Position numbers and translations under genes: made by a program. From the NCBI GenBank assembly GCA_050250695.1, contig JBFWOE010000004.1, positions 1 through 63,921 on the forward strand: a stretch of 63,921 nt of DNA, written 5' to 3'. Below, in pieces: positions 51,352-63,392 of this stretch. The notes beneath the pieces were generated by a model. It was not told the origin of the DNA. It was given only the letters and a program-made list of their open reading frames with translations, and ran no database searches. Position 1 is the stretch's first letter. Each line of letters opens with the position of its first letter. The DNA comes from Burkholderiales bacterium (lineage in GTDB: Bacteria > Pseudomonadota > Gammaproteobacteria > Burkholderiales > SG8-41).

Positions 51352-52139
51352 GCCGGTTTCCCGTCGTATTCGATGATCAGCGGCGCATGGTCGGAAAACC
51401 GCTCATCCTTGTATATCGAAGTACGTTTCGCGCGGGCTGCCAGGTCCGGCGTCGCGATCTGGTAATCGATGCGCCAGCCCACGTTCTTGGCCCAGGCCTG
51501 GCCGCGGTTTGACCACCAGGTGTACGATGCATCCGTTGCATCCGGGTGCAGGCGGCGGTAGACATCGACCCAGCCCAGGTCGTCAAACACCCGGCTCAGC
51601 CAGGCCCTCTCCTCGGGAAGGAACCCGGAATTTTTCCGGTTGCCGCGCCAGTTCTTCAGGTCGATTTCATGATGGGCGATGTTCCAGTCGCCGCAAAGCA
51701 CGATTTCACGCTTGCCCGCCTTCAGCCGTTTCAGGTGGGGATAGAACTTTTCCATGAAACTGAACTTGGCCTGTTGCCGGTGTTCTCCGCTGGAGCCCGA
51801 GGGCAGATACACCGAGATCACCGACAGCTTGCCGAAGTCCGCACGCAGGTAACGCCCTTCGGCGTCGATTTCCTTGACGCCCAGCCCCGCGGCAATCCGG
51901 TCGGGAGCGGTTTTTGAATAAATGCCGACCCCGCTGTACCCCTTCTTTCCGGCGTAATGAAAATGGCCGTGATAACCGGCTGGCGCCAGCAGTTCCGCCG
52001 TCATGTCCCCGGCCTGCGCCTTGATTTCCTGGACGCAGACCACGTCGGCCCGCTGCCGCGGCAGCCATTCCAGGAAGCCCTTGCGGGCGGCGGAGCGGAT
52101 TCCATTGAGATTCAGGGTTATAATTTTCATCGTTTTCAC
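51348..52139 (-). CDS. xthA: exodeoxyribonuclease III
   Basis: 263 aa. KIITLNLNGIRS, CVQE, GDWNIAH and SDHAP motifs. Confidence 0.95.
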   Translation of the reverse strand: MKTMKIITLNLNGIRSAARKGFLEWLPRQRADVVCVQEIKAQAGDMTAELLAPAGYHGHFHYAGKKGYSGVGIYSKTAPDRIAAGLGVKEIDAEGRYLRADFGKLSVISVYLPSGSSGEHRQQAKFSFMEKFYPHLKRLKAGKREIVLCGDWNIAHHEIDLKNWRGNRKNSGFLPEERAWLSRVFDDLGWVDVYRRLHPDATDASYTWWSNRGQAWAKNVGWRIDYQIATPDLAARAKRTSIYKDERFSDHAPLIIEYDGKPA

Positions 52140-52211
52140 TCAGGAATTCCCGTGCATCCGCCCGCGGTTTCGGGTGATCTCTTCCGCAGGCACGCAAATC
52201 CACAAGCAGAC

Positions 52212-52862
52212 ATGGCAGCCAGTTTCAGACAGGAATTCATCCGTTTCGCCATCGATACCAGGGTGTTGCTGTTCGGCGAATTCAAGACCAAGGCCGGACG
52301 CCTGTCGCCGTATTTTTTCAACGCCGGGCTGTTCTGCGACGGCAATTCGCTGCTGCAACTCGCGCAATTTTACGCGAAAGCCATTTCGGCGGCGGGCGTG
52401 CCGTTCGACATGCTGTTCGGCCCCGCCTACAAGGGCATACCGCTGGTGTCCGCCGTTGCCATCACGCTGGCCAAAGCCGGCCGCAATGTCGCGTTCAGCT
52501 ACAACCGCAAGGAAACCAAGGACCACGGCGAAGGCGGCAGCGTGGTCGGCGCCCCGCTCGCCGGCAGGACGCTGATCGTCGACGATGTGATTTCGGCCGG
52601 CACCTCCGTGCGTGAATCGGTGAACCTGATCCGTGCGGCCGGTGCAATACCGGCGGGTGTGCTGATCGCGCTTGACCGCATGGAGCGCGGCGCCGGGGAA
52701 CTGTCGGCCACGCAGGAGGTCGGACAGCTGTATGGAATGCCGGTGATCAGCATCGCCACCCTTGATGACCTGATAGGATTCCTCGGCAATGAAAACAACA
52801 TGGCGGCGGAACTCGCCGCCGTCGCCGCTTACCGGAAACAATATGGGGTAGAACATGTCTGA
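52212..52862 (+). CDS. pyrE: orotate phosphoribosyltransferase
   Basis: Start re-placed at ATG 52212 (MAASFRQEFIRFAIDTRVLLFGEFKTKAGRLSPYFFN). PRPP motif LIVDDVISAGTS. Confidence 0.95.
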   Translation: MAASFRQEFIRFAIDTRVLLFGEFKTKAGRLSPYFFNAGLFCDGNSLLQLAQFYAKAISAAGVPFDMLFGPAYKGIPLVSAVAITLAKAGRNVAFSYNRKETKDHGEGGSVVGAPLAGRTLIVDDVISAGTSVRESVNLIRAAGAIPAGVLIALDRMERGAGELSATQEVGQLYGMPVISIATLDDLIGFLGNENNMAAELAAVAAYRKQYGVEHV

Positions 52863-53538
52863 CCGCACGCAATTTTTTTTCGCACTTGGTGTTGCTGCAT
52901 TCATCTTCACGGTGCTGGTGCCATCTCCCGCCGTCCATGCACAGAAAATCGTCTGTTGGAAGGACAAGGCCGGCAAGGTGATCGGCTGCGGCGACCGCGT
53001 GCCGCCCGAATTCCAGAAAAACGAAGCCAAGGTGCTGGACGGCACCGGCCTGCAGCGCGGCACCGTGGTCTCCGCGGAAGAAGCGGAACGGAAGAAGGCG
53101 GAGCAGCGCAAAATCGCGGCTGAAAAAGCCGAACAAGACCGGCGCATCGCCGAGCAGCGCAGGCAGGATCTTGCGCTGATCAACACCTACACCTCGGAAA
53201 AGGAAATCGACCAGCGCCGCGACCGCGAACTGCAGGTGGTGGAATTACAGCTGACGCAGTTGAAGACTTCCCAGAAAAAAATCGACGAGGCCCATGCCGC
53301 CGTACTCAAACGTCACGATGCCGCCGTCAAATCAGGCAAGCCCGTGCCTCCGGGGCTGGCCGACGAGATGGCGCGCGCTACTGAGGAAAAAAAGCGCAAC
53401 GAGGCGCGTATCGCCGCAAAGGAAAAGGACAAGCAGGACATCGCCGGGCGGTATGCCGACCAGAAGGCACGCTACGCCGAGCTCAAGGGCCGTGGAGCCC
53501 CGGCGGCTGCGCCCGCCGCGCCGGCGGCGAAGAAATAG
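52855..53538 (+). CDS. DUF4124-domain secreted coiled-coil protein
   Basis: Signal peptide, then IVCWKDKAGKVIGCGDRVPPEF (DUF4124-like), then a long charged heptad-like region and an AP-rich tail. Overlaps the pyrE stop by 8 nt. Confidence 0.7.
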   Translation: MSDRTQFFFALGVAAFIFTVLVPSPAVHAQKIVCWKDKAGKVIGCGDRVPPEFQKNEAKVLDGTGLQRGTVVSAEEAERKKAEQRKIAAEKAEQDRRIAEQRRQDLALINTYTSEKEIDQRRDRELQVVELQLTQLKTSQKKIDEAHAAVLKRHDAAVKSGKPVPPGLADEMARATEEKKRNEARIAAKEKDKQDIAGRYADQKARYAELKGRGAPAAAPAAPAAKK

Positions 53539-53550
53539 ATCCGTGCCGGC

Positions 53551-54993
53551 TCAGCCGGCGAGTTTGCGGCGCAGGATGTCGTTGACCTGCTGTGGATTGG
53601 CCTTGCCACGGCTGGCCTTCATCACCTGCCCCACCAGCGAGTTGAAAGCCTTCTCCTTGCCGGACTTGAAATCGGCAACCTGCTGGGCGTTGGCGACAAT
53701 TACCTGATCGATGATTTTTTCGATCTCGCCGCTGTCGGAAATCTGTTTTAACCCCTTGGCGGCAATGATCGCGTCGGGATCGCCGTCGCCCTCCCACATG
53801 GCATCGAATACGTCCTTCGCGATTTTTCCCGAGATAGTTCCGTCGGCAATCCGGTCAACCAGCCTGCGCAACCGCTCCGCGCTGACCCGGCTTTGCGTTA
53901 TATCGGTATCATCCCCGTTCAACCGCGCGCTGAGTGCGCCGGTGATCCAGTTCGCGCAGAGCTTTCCTACCCGGGCATCCGCACCGGCCGCCGCGGCACC
54001 GAAGTAATCAGCCAGTTCGCGGCTGGCCGTCAACGCTGACGCATCGTATGCCGTAAGCCCGTATTCACCGGTGAACTGCGCACGGCGGTCCCCGGGTAAC
54101 GGCGGCATCGCCGCACGCACCGCCTCCAGTCGCTCTGCCGTCACTTCGAGTGGCAGCAAATCGGGGTCAGGAAAATAGCGGTAATCATGCGCATCTTCCT
54201 TGGTGCGCATCATGCGCGTCTCGCCGCTGTCCGGGTCAAACAGCACCGTGGCCTGCCGGATCGCCCGCCCTTCCTCCAGTTCGCCGATCTGCCATTGCAC
54301 CTCGTATTCGATCGCCTGCTGCAGGAAACGGAAGCTGTTGAGGTTCTTGATCTCGCGGCGCGTACCCAGCGCTGTTGATCCCGCCGGCCGCACCGACACG
54401 TTGGCGTCACAGCGGAACGATCCTTCCTGCATGTTGCCGTCGCAGACATCGATCCAGCGCACCAGCGCATGCAACGCCTTGGCATAGGCCACCGCCTCTT
54501 CAGCCGAACGCATGTCCGGCTCGGAAACGATCTCCAGCAGCGGCGTGCCGGCGCGGTTGAGGTCGATGCCGGTGCGGCCATGGAAATCCTCGTGCAGTGA
54601 CTTGCCGGCATCTTCCTCGAGGTGGGCGCGGGTCAGCCGCACGACCTTCTCGGTCTCGCCGACCTGGATGGTCATGGTGCCGCCCTCGACGATGGGCAGT
54701 TCATACTGGCTGATCTGGTAACCCTTGGGCAGGTCAGGGTAGAAATAATTCTTGCGCGCAAAAATCGAAGGCGAATTGATTTTCGCGCCGACCGCCAGGC
54801 CGAAACGGATGGCACGCTCGACCGCACCGGTGTTAAGCACCGGCAACACACCGGGCAGCGCGATGTCGACACCGCAGGCCTGGGTGTTCGGTTCGGCGCC
54901 GAACGCGGTGGAGGCTCCGGAAAAAATTTTTGACACCGTCGACAATTGCGCGTGGGTCTCCAGCCCGATGACCACTTCCCATTTCATGGTCAT
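53551..54993 (-). CDS. gatB: Asp-tRNA(Asn)/Glu-tRNA(Gln) amidotransferase subunit B
   Basis: 480 aa. [14 protein letters not shown]-terminus and a C-terminal YqeY-like tail. Confidence 0.97.
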   Translation of the reverse strand: MTMKWEVVIGLETHAQLSTVSKIFSGASTAFGAEPNTQACGVDIALPGVLPVLNTGAVERAIRFGLAVGAKINSPSIFARKNYFYPDLPKGYQISQYELPIVEGGTMTIQVGETEKVVRLTRAHLEEDAGKSLHEDFHGRTGIDLNRAGTPLLEIVSEPDMRSAEEAVAYAKALHALVRWIDVCDGNMQEGSFRCDANVSVRPAGSTALGTRREIKNLNSFRFLQQAIEYEVQWQIGELEEGRAIRQATVLFDPDSGETRMMRTKEDAHDYRYFPDPDLLPLEVTAERLEAVRAAMPPLPGDRRAQFTGEYGLTAYDASALTASRELADYFGAAAAGADARVGKLCANWITGALSARLNGDDTDITQSRVSAERLRRLVDRIADGTISGKIAKDVFDAMWEGDGDPDAIIAAKGLKQISDSGEIEKIIDQVIVANAQQVADFKSGKEKAFNSLVGQVMKASRGKANPQQVNDILRRKLAG

Positions 54994-56444
54994 ATCCCCC
55001 CGGGCGCTCGCTGGTGCCAGTCGGTCGCCAGCTGGTACTGGTGCGCGACATTGAGCATGCGCGCTTCGTCGAAATAATTGCCGATGATCTGCAAGCCGAC
55101 CGGCAGGCCGCCGGCGTCAAAGCCGCAGGGTATGGACATGCCGGGCAGTCCCGCCAGGTTCACCGCGATGGTATAGATGTCGGACAGGTACATCTGCACC
55201 GGATCCGCGCTTTTTTCGCCAAGCCTGAACGCGGTCGTCGGGCTGGTCGGCCCCATGATCACGTCGCATTGCCTGAACGCCGCCGCGAAATCCTGTGCGA
55301 TCAGCCGCCGCAGTTTCTGCGCGCGGATGTAATAGGCATCGTAATAGCCGTGAGACAGTACGTAAGTGCCGATCAGGATGCGGCGCTTCACTTCCGCGCC
55401 GAAACCCTCGGCACGCGTGCGTTTGTACATGTCGAGCAGGTCGGTGTATTCCGCCGCACGGTGGCCGTAACGCACGCCATCGAAGCGCGACAGGTTGCTC
55501 GAGGCTTCCGCCGGCGCCAGCACGTAATACACCGGCACTGACAGTCCCATGTTGGGCAGGCTGATGTCGACGACGGTCGCGCCCAGTTTTTTGTATCCGG
55601 CAATCGCGGCCTCAACGGCCTTCTGCACATCGGCGGATATCCCGGTGCCGAAAAATTCCCCGGGCAAGCCGACGCGCAGTCCGTTCAGCGGTCTCGCCAG
55701 GTCACGGTTGTAGTCCTCGGCCGGGCGCTCCAGGCTGGTCGAATCGCGCACATCGTGACCGGCCATGACGTTGAGCAGCAGGCCCAGGTCTTCCGCGCTG
55801 CGCGCCATCGGCCCCGCCTGGTCCAGGCTGGAAGCGAATGCGATCATGCCGTAACGCGACACCAGGCCATAGGTCGGCTTCAAACCGCAGATGCCGGTCA
55901 GTGCCGCAGGCTGGCGGATCGAACCGCCGGTGTCGGTACCGGTGGCGGCAGGCGCAAGACGCGCAGCCACGGCTGCCGCAGAACCGCCGGAACTGCCGCC
56001 GGGAACTGTCGCCGGATTCCAGGGGTTGCGCACCGGGCCGTAATGCGAAGTTTCATTGGACGAACCCATCGCGAATTCGTCCATGTTGGTCTTGCCCAGC
56101 GTGACCATGCCCGCAGCATTGCAGCGCTCGACCACGTGCGCATCGTAGGGCGCGACAAAATTCGACAGCATTTTCGAACCGCAGGTGGTCAGCCAGCCCT
56201 GCGCGCAGAAGATGTCCTTGTGTGCCAGCGGCACGCCGGTCAGCAGTCCTGCGCTGCCTGCGGCCCGCCGCGCATCCGCGGCCCGCGCCTGATCCAGGCT
56301 GCGCTGCGCATCGACCGTGATAAAACATCCGAGGGAACCATTTAACTTATTGATTTTATTTATGAATTCCTGCGTCAGTTCGACGCTGGAAGCAGCCCCG
56401 GAGGCCAGCAGTGCAGACAGTTCTTTGAGTGTGGCGTTGGACAT
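54990..56444 (-). CDS. gatA: Asp-tRNA(Asn)/Glu-tRNA(Gln) amidotransferase subunit A
   Basis: 484 aa. Amidase signature [12 protein letters not shown]...[12 protein letters not shown]. Confidence 0.97.
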   Translation of the reverse strand: MSNATLKELSALLASGAASSVELTQEFINKINKLNGSLGCFITVDAQRSLDQARAADARRAAGSAGLLTGVPLAHKDIFCAQGWLTTCGSKMLSNFVAPYDAHVVERCNAAGMVTLGKTNMDEFAMGSSNETSHYGPVRNPWNPATVPGGSSGGSAAAVAARLAPAATGTDTGGSIRQPAALTGICGLKPTYGLVSRYGMIAFASSLDQAGPMARSAEDLGLLLNVMAGHDVRDSTSLERPAEDYNRDLARPLNGLRVGLPGEFFGTGISADVQKAVEAAIAGYKKLGATVVDISLPNMGLSVPVYYVLAPAEASSNLSRFDGVRYGHRAAEYTDLLDMYKRTRAEGFGAEVKRRILIGTYVLSHGYYDAYYIRAQKLRRLIAQDFAAAFRQCDVIMGPTSPTTAFRLGEKSADPVQMYLSDIYTIAVNLAGLPGMSIPCGFDAGGLPVGLQIIGNYFDEARMLNVAHQYQLATDWHQRAPGGI

Positions 56445-56486
56445 GGCAGGACTGCAGCCCCGCAGGTGCGGGACCGTGTTTTCAGC

Positions 56487-56774
56487 TTACTCGATCACCC
56501 TGGGCACCAGATAAAGCCCAGCCTCGACTTCCGGGGCAACCGACTGGAAAAGTTCACGCTGGTTGTTCTCGGTCACCGCATCCGGGCGCGGCCGCAGCAT
56601 CAGGTCCTGGGCGTGGGACATCGGCGCGATGCCGCTGACATCAACCGCCTGCATCTGTTCGATCAGGCCAAACACGCGCGTCAGTTGCGCCAGCGCAGCC
56701 CCGGCTTCGGCATCGTCCACCGCGATCCGCGCCAGGTGCGCCACGCGCCGCACATCATCGAGCGTCAACGCCAT
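56487..56774 (-). CDS. gatC: Asp-tRNA(Asn)/Glu-tRNA(Gln) amidotransferase subunit C
   Basis: Start re-placed at ATG 56774 (MALTLDDVRRVAHLARIAV...), 95 aa. The 226-aa track ORF is an upstream extension. Confidence 0.93.
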   Translation of the reverse strand: MALTLDDVRRVAHLARIAVDDAEAGAALAQLTRVFGLIEQMQAVDVSGIAPMSHAQDLMLRPRPDAVTENNQRELFQSVAPEVEAGLYLVPRVIE

Positions 56775-56813
56775 GATCAGAATGAAAAAACCGTAAAAAA
56801 CAGGGCGGTGTAG

Positions 56814-57911
<1,098 letters not shown>

Positions 57912-57991
57912 TGCTGCAGAACCCGGCCTGCGTTCGCATCCAGCCCCTTGCGGGCCGCGAACCCAAGCCCGCAGGCCCGCGGTAAGGCACG

Positions 57992-58888
57992 ATGGAGCAT
58001 ACCCCGCCGCCCCTGTTCCGCACCGGACCGACGCCCCTGGCGCGGCTGATGATGTTTACCATGCTGTCAGTTACGCTGCTGATCGCCGATGCACGTTTCG
58101 ACTACCTGACGGTGCTGCGCCAGATCACGGCCGTCATCGTCTACCCGCTGCAGCGCCTGGCCGCGGCCCCGGCCGCAGTCGGTGAGCACATCTCCGGCTT
58201 TTTCGTCACCCACAGTGCGTTGCGGCACGACAACCAGCGCCTGACCGAAAGCAACCTCGCACTGGCACGTGAAGCGCAGCAGGCACGTGCCCTGCATAAC
58301 GAAAATGCCCATCTGCGCGGATTGCTGGACGCCCGCGGTCGGGTGGCCGCGCCATCGACCGTCGCCGAAATACTTTACGCAGCGCGCGATCCGTTTTCGC
58401 GCAAGGTGATGATAGACCGGGGACTGCAGGCCGGACTTGCCCCGGGACGACCGGTCATCGACCATATCGGCGTCATCGGCCAGATCACGCGCGTTTATCC
58501 CTGGCTGGCCGAAATCACGTTGATCACCGACAAGGGACACCTGGTGCCGGTGCTTAACGTGCGCACCGGATTACGCGCGGTGCTGGCCGGCACCGGTGAC
58601 GACGGGCGCCTCGAACTGCGCTTCATTCCGCTGGCAGCGGACTTCCAGCCCGGTGACCAGCTGGTGACCTCGGGTATAGACGGGACCTATCCGCCGGGAC
58701 TGCCGGTTGCCGAAGTCACGAATGTCGAGCGCAATACCGAATACCTGTTTGCCAACATCAGCTGCAAGCCGCTTGCAGGAGTCAACGCGCATGCGCAGGT
58801 ACTGGTGCTGGGCCCGATGCCAGAACAGCCCGGGCGCGAGGATGAACCGCCGGCAAAGGAGCCGCGCGCCAGAAAGAAAAAATCATGA
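57992..58888 (+). CDS. mreC: rod shape-determining protein MreC
   Basis: 298 aa with N-terminal TM, coiled coil (ENAHLRGLL) and beta-rich domains (VTSGIDGTYPPGLPVAEV). Confidence 0.93.
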   Translation: MEHTPPPLFRTGPTPLARLMMFTMLSVTLLIADARFDYLTVLRQITAVIVYPLQRLAAAPAAVGEHISGFFVTHSALRHDNQRLTESNLALAREAQQARALHNENAHLRGLLDARGRVAAPSTVAEILYAARDPFSRKVMIDRGLQAGLAPGRPVIDHIGVIGQITRVYPWLAEITLITDKGHLVPVLNVRTGLRAVLAGTGDDGRLELRFIPLAADFQPGDQLVTSGIDGTYPPGLPVAEVTNVERNTEYLFANISCKPLAGVNAHAQVLVLGPMPEQPGREDEPPAKEPRARKKKS

Positions 58889-59409
58889 CGCCGGCGCACC
58901 CGATGACACCTCAGGAACTGCTGCTGCCTGTCAAGCCCGGGTTCATCGTGTTCACGCTGGTGGCGGCGCTGCTTGTCAACCTGCTGCCCTGGTCAGGCTG
59001 GATGACGTGGCTGGCGCCCGATTTTGTCGCCCTGATCGTGCTCTACTGGTGCATACACGAACCGCGGAAAATCGGTTTCATCGCCGCGTGGGGGCTGGGC
59101 CTGCTGATGGACATCGCCGAGGGCAGCCTGTTCGGCCAGCATGCCCTGGCCTATGTCATCCTCGCTTACGCCGGAATGACGCTGCACCGCCGGATACAGC
59201 GTTTCACGCTCGCCCCGCAGATGCTGCACGTCATCCCGCTGCTGCTGTTCACCGACATGGTCGTGCTGCTGGTGCGCGCCCTGGCGGGGGCCGACTTTCC
59301 CGGTTACGCCTACTTCCTCGGCAGCATGGCCGGCGCCGCATTGTGGCCGCTGCTGGCGCACCTCCTCAAGCTGCCGCAGCGCCCGCGGCCGGATCCCGAC
59401 CGTGTCTGA
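58885..59409 (+). CDS. mreD: rod shape-determining protein MreD
   Basis: 174 aa, polytopic. ATGA overlap with mreC; sits between mreC and mrdA. Confidence 0.88.
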   Translation: MTPAHPMTPQELLLPVKPGFIVFTLVAALLVNLLPWSGWMTWLAPDFVALIVLYWCIHEPRKIGFIAAWGLGLLMDIAEGSLFGQHALAYVILAYAGMTLHRRIQRFTLAPQMLHVIPLLLFTDMVVLLVRALAGADFPGYAYFLGSMAGAALWPLLAHLLKLPQRPRPDPDRV

Positions 59410-61285
59410 GCTGTCGATCAATCCCGGCATAGAGATCCGCGACTCGGAACGCGAACTCGACCGTTTCCGCCGCCGCCTTGCGCTGCTCGGCATCTTCGTT
59501 CTCGCGCTGTTTTCGCTGCTGTTCCTGCGCTTCATGTACCTGCAGGTTTACCAGCACGGCCATTACAGCACGCTGGCCGAAGCGAACCGCATCTCGGTGC
59601 TGCCGATCGCGCCTCACCGGGGCATCATCGTCGACCGCAACGGCGTCATGCTCGCCCACAACTATGCGGCCTACACGCTGGAAATCACGCCGAGCAAGGT
59701 CCGGAACCTCGAGTCCACCATCGACGACCTGGCAACCATTGTCGAAATCACCCCCCGCGACCGGCGGCGTTTCCGCAAGCTGCTCGAGGAAAGCAAACGT
59801 TTCGAAAGCCTGCCGATACGCACCCGCCTGTCCGACGAGGAAATTGCGCGCTTCGCCGTGCATCGCTACCGCTACCCCGGCGTCGAAGCCAAGGCGCGCC
59901 TGTTCCGCCAGTATCCGCAGGGCGAGATTTTTTCACATGTCGTCGGCCACATCGGCCGCATCAACCAGCGTGAAATCGACCAGCTCGAAGAGGACGGACG
60001 GCTGGCCAACTATCGCGGCAGCGACTACATCGGCAAGACGGGACTGGAACAGCGCTACGAAAAATTCCTGCACGGCATCACCGGCGTGGAGGAAGTGGAG
60101 GTGGATTCCGGCGGGCGGGCGGTGCGCACCCTGTCACGCACACCTCCGGTATCCGGCAACAACCTGGTGCTCAACCTGGACGCCGGGCTGCAGGAAATCG
60201 CCTACAAGGCCTTCGGCGACCGCCGCGGCGCGCTGGTGGCCCTGGATCCGGCCACCGGCGGGGTGCTCGCCTTTGTCAGCAAACCCGGGTTCGATCCCAA
60301 CCTGTTCGTTGACGGCATCGATCCGCAAAGCTGGGCCGAACTCAACGGCTCGAAGGACAAGCCGCTGCTCAATCGTGCAGCAGCGGGTACTTATCCCCCG
60401 GGCTCCACATTCAAACCTTTCATGGCACTTGCCGCGCTGTTCTACGGCAAACGCACGCCTCAGCAGGTCATCAGCGATCCCGGTTATTTCATTTTCGGCG
60501 GCCATCGTTTCCGTGACAGCCGGCCCGTTCCGCTGGGCACCGTCGACATGCACCGTTCGATCGTGATGTCTTCCGACGTCTACTACTACATGCTCGCCGG
60601 CGAACTCGGCATAGATCCCATTGCACGGTTCATGGCGCTGTTCGGTTTCGGCACCCGCACTGGCATCGACATCGGCGGCGAATCCTCCGGCGTGCTGCCC
60701 TCCACCGAATGGAAGCTGCGCCGCTACCGGCAAAAATGGTACCCCGGGGAAACCATCAGTGTCGGCATCGGCCAGGGCTACAACAGTTACACGCCGCTGC
60801 AACTGGCCTCGGCGATGGCGACCCTGGCCAATGACGGCACGGTGTACCGGCCGCACATCGTCAACCACATCGAAAACATACGCACGCGGGAAAAGCAACC
60901 GGTTGAAACCCCGCCGTTGCGCAATATCGGCCTGCGCCAGGAACACATCGACGTCGTCAAGCAGGCAATGGTCGGTGTCGTCAGGGAAGGCACCTCGGCG
61001 CAGGCCTTCTCCAGCGCCCCCTACACCAGCGCCGGCAAAACCGGCACTGCGCAGGTCATCGCGATCAAGCAGGGGGAAAAATACGTCGAGAGCAAGGTCG
61101 CCGAGGAACACCGCGACCATGCGCTGTACATCGCTTACGCGCCCGCCGAAAAACCACGCATCGCGCTCGCCGTGGTGGTGGAAAACGCGGGCTTCGGCGC
61201 ACGGGCGGCGGCACCGATCGCACGCCAGGTCTTCGACTATTACCTGCTCGGCAAGGCACCCGGAAAACCGGCGGCCGGCGGCTGA
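59402..61285 (+). CDS. mrdA: penicillin-binding protein 2 (elongasome transpeptidase)
   Basis: 627 aa. GTG start overlaps the mreD stop by 8 nt. SxxK (STFKP) and KTG (GKTGTAQ) motifs. Confidence 0.95.
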   Translation: MSELSINPGIEIRDSERELDRFRRRLALLGIFVLALFSLLFLRFMYLQVYQHGHYSTLAEANRISVLPIAPHRGIIVDRNGVMLAHNYAAYTLEITPSKVRNLESTIDDLATIVEITPRDRRRFRKLLEESKRFESLPIRTRLSDEEIARFAVHRYRYPGVEAKARLFRQYPQGEIFSHVVGHIGRINQREIDQLEEDGRLANYRGSDYIGKTGLEQRYEKFLHGITGVEEVEVDSGGRAVRTLSRTPPVSGNNLVLNLDAGLQEIAYKAFGDRRGALVALDPATGGVLAFVSKPGFDPNLFVDGIDPQSWAELNGSKDKPLLNRAAAGTYPPGSTFKPFMALAALFYGKRTPQQVISDPGYFIFGGHRFRDSRPVPLGTVDMHRSIVMSSDVYYYMLAGELGIDPIARFMALFGFGTRTGIDIGGESSGVLPSTEWKLRRYRQKWYPGETISVGIGQGYNSYTPLQLASAMATLANDGTVYRPHIVNHIENIRTREKQPVETPPLRNIGLRQEHIDVVKQAMVGVVREGTSAQAFSSAPYTSAGKTGTAQVIAIKQGEKYVESKVAEEHRDHALYIAYAPAEKPRIALAVVVENAGFGARAAAPIARQVFDYYLLGKAPGKPAAGG

Positions 61286-61289
61286 ACCC

Positions 61290-62393
61290 ATGCATCCGAT
61301 CGTCATCCGCTTCACACGTTTCATGACCCGGCACATCGACGGCATACTGCTGTCCGCCATCCTGCTGCTGATGTTCACCGGGCTGCTGGTGCTGCTCAGC
61401 GCCGCGAACGGCAATTTCGCCAGGGCAGGAAGCCAGCTGGCGAACATGCTGGTGGCACTGGGCGTAATGTGGGTTTTTGCAAACATCCCGCCGCACTACC
61501 TGATGCGCCTTGCCCTGCCGCTGTTCTTGGTGGGTTGCGGTTTGCTGGTGGGCGTGGCGCTGTTCGGCGATGTGGTCAACGGGGCGCGACGCTGGCTGCA
61601 CATCGGCGTCACCCGCATCCAGCCCTCGGAACTGATGAAGATCGCCGTGCCGCTGATGCTCGCCTGGTACTTCAACCGCAACGAAGCATCGCTGAAGCTG
61701 CGCAATTATTTCATCGCCGCGCTGATGCTGGCAGTGCCGGCGGCGCTGATCGCACGCCAGCCCGACCTCGGCACCGCGTTGCTGATCACCGCCAGCGGCT
61801 GCTACGTGATTTTCCTTGCCGGGCTGCCGTGGCGCATCATCGCCGCGCTCGGCATCACCGCGCTCTGCAGCGCGCCTTTCCTGTGGTCCGCGCTGCATGA
61901 CTACCAGCGCCGGCGCATCCTGACGCTGCTCGATCCTTCCGCGGATCCGCTGGGCAGCGGCTACCACACCATCCAGTCGACCATCGCGGTCGGCTCCGGC
62001 GGCACGCTGGGCAAAGGCTGGATGAACGGCACCCAGACCCATCTCGACTTCATCCCGGAGCGCACCACGGACTTCATATTTGCGGTCTATGCCGAGGAAT
62101 TCGGCCTGCTCGGCAACGCGGTGCTGCTCGGGCTGTTCCTGTTCGTGATTGCGCGGGCGATGGTCATCACCGCCAATGCACCTTCGCTGTTCGCGCGACT
62201 GCTTGCCGGTGCAATCACCCTGACGTTTTTCACCTATGCTTTCGTCAACATGGGCATGGTCTCCGGCATCCTGCCCGTGGTTGGCGTGCCGCTGCCGCTG
62301 ATCAGTTACGGTGGAACTTCGCTGGTTTCCATCTGTCTCGGTTTCGGGATACTGATGAGCATCAATACCCACAAAAAGCTGGTGCAAACTTAG
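61290..62393 (+). CDS. rodA: SEDS-family peptidoglycan polymerase RodA
   Basis: Start re-placed at ATG 61290 (MHPIVIRFTRFMTRHIDGILL...), 4 nt after the mrdA stop. 367 aa with QPSELMKIAVPL and PLPLISYGGTS motifs. Confidence 0.95.
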   Translation: MHPIVIRFTRFMTRHIDGILLSAILLLMFTGLLVLLSAANGNFARAGSQLANMLVALGVMWVFANIPPHYLMRLALPLFLVGCGLLVGVALFGDVVNGARRWLHIGVTRIQPSELMKIAVPLMLAWYFNRNEASLKLRNYFIAALMLAVPAALIARQPDLGTALLITASGCYVIFLAGLPWRIIAALGITALCSAPFLWSALHDYQRRRILTLLDPSADPLGSGYHTIQSTIAVGSGGTLGKGWMNGTQTHLDFIPERTTDFIFAVYAEEFGLLGNAVLLGLFLFVIARAMVITANAPSLFARLLAGAITLTFFTYAFVNMGMVSGILPVVGVPLPLISYGGTSLVSICLGFGILMSINTHKKLVQT

Positions 62394-62416
62394 GATTGAG
62401 GAATGGGGAGCCAGTC

Positions 62417-63370
62417 GTGACGTCCGTTCTTTTCCGGGCCGCTGTGGTGCTGCTGGCTGCTCTGCTCGCAGCCTGCGGCGGCACGCCCAAACGCGGCGCG
62501 ATTGACCGCGCGCCTTCCACAGGCGGCGGGTACTACCTCGATGACGGCCCCGGCGCCAACGCGCCGGCCGACATCAACTCGATACCCGATGCAGTGCCGA
62601 GGATCGAACCACTGGGACGCGGCACGATGCGCCCCTATACCGTGATGGGCCAGAGTTATGTCCCGATGACGCGGCTGGAACCGTACAGGGCCCGTGGCAT
62701 TGCCAGCTGGTACGGGCGGCGTTACCACGGCAAGCAGACTGCTTCCGGCGAGGTCTACGACATGTATGCGATGAGTGCCGCGCACACCATATTGCCCATC
62801 CCCAGCTACGCGCGCGTCACCAACGTCGCGAACGGGCGGTCAATCGTTGTCCGGATCAATGACCGCGGACCGTTCATCGACAACCGCCTGATCGACCTGT
62901 CGTACACCGCCGCGCACAAGCTCGGCATCATCGGCGCCGGCAGCGGCATGGTCGAGGTGGAAAGCATCATCCCCGGGACCACACCCACACCACCGCCAGC
63001 ACCGCCTGTGGCAACAGCACCGCCGGCGACCCCGCTGCCCGCCGAAGCACCGGTCACCGCGATACCGCTGCCGCCGCCGGCCCCTGCCGCAACACCTCCG
63101 GTTCCCGCGGCACCGGCATCCACGGTTGCAACGGCGACCGCCGGCAGCTATGTCCAGTTCGGCGCCTTCGGCGTGCAAGCCAATGCCGAAAGTTACCTGT
63201 CACGACTTCAGGCGCAGGCCGACTGGCTGGCTGGGTCGCTGCGTGTCCACCACAGCAACGGCATCTACCGGGTGCAGGCCGGGCCGTACGCCAGTGAAGC
63301 GGCCGCACGTGAAGCTGCCGAGCGCGCCGGACAGACGCTGGGCGTCAAACCGGTCGTCATCAGCCGTTAG
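62417..63370 (+). CDS. rlpA: septal ring lytic transglycosylase RlpA-family lipoprotein with SPOR domain
   Basis: I prefer GTG 62417 (GGGGAG 6 nt upstream). Lipobox LLAACGG. DPBB core (ASWYGRRYHGKQTASGE...VVRINDRGPF), Pro/Ala linker and C-terminal SPOR domain (VQFGAF...YRVQAGPY). Confidence 0.92.
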   Translation: MTSVLFRAAVVLLAALLAACGGTPKRGAIDRAPSTGGGYYLDDGPGANAPADINSIPDAVPRIEPLGRGTMRPYTVMGQSYVPMTRLEPYRARGIASWYGRRYHGKQTASGEVYDMYAMSAAHTILPIPSYARVTNVANGRSIVVRINDRGPFIDNRLIDLSYTAAHKLGIIGAGSGMVEVESIIPGTTPTPPPAPPVATAPPATPLPAEAPVTAIPLPPPAPAATPPVPAAPASTVATATAGSYVQFGAFGVQANAESYLSRLQAQADWLAGSLRVHHSNGIYRVQAGPYASEAAAREAAERAGQTLGVKPVVISR

Positions 63371-63392
63371 CGCACTGCAGCGGCCGGAACGA

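Noticed and set aside
62980-63125. GC-rich repetitive DNA (also 41863-41961) that superficially resembles a tandem repeat array.
   Set aside because: Both stretches are in-frame Pro/Ala linker regions of RlpA and AmtB. The repeats are imperfect, there is no spacer/repeat periodicity, and this is not CRISPR.
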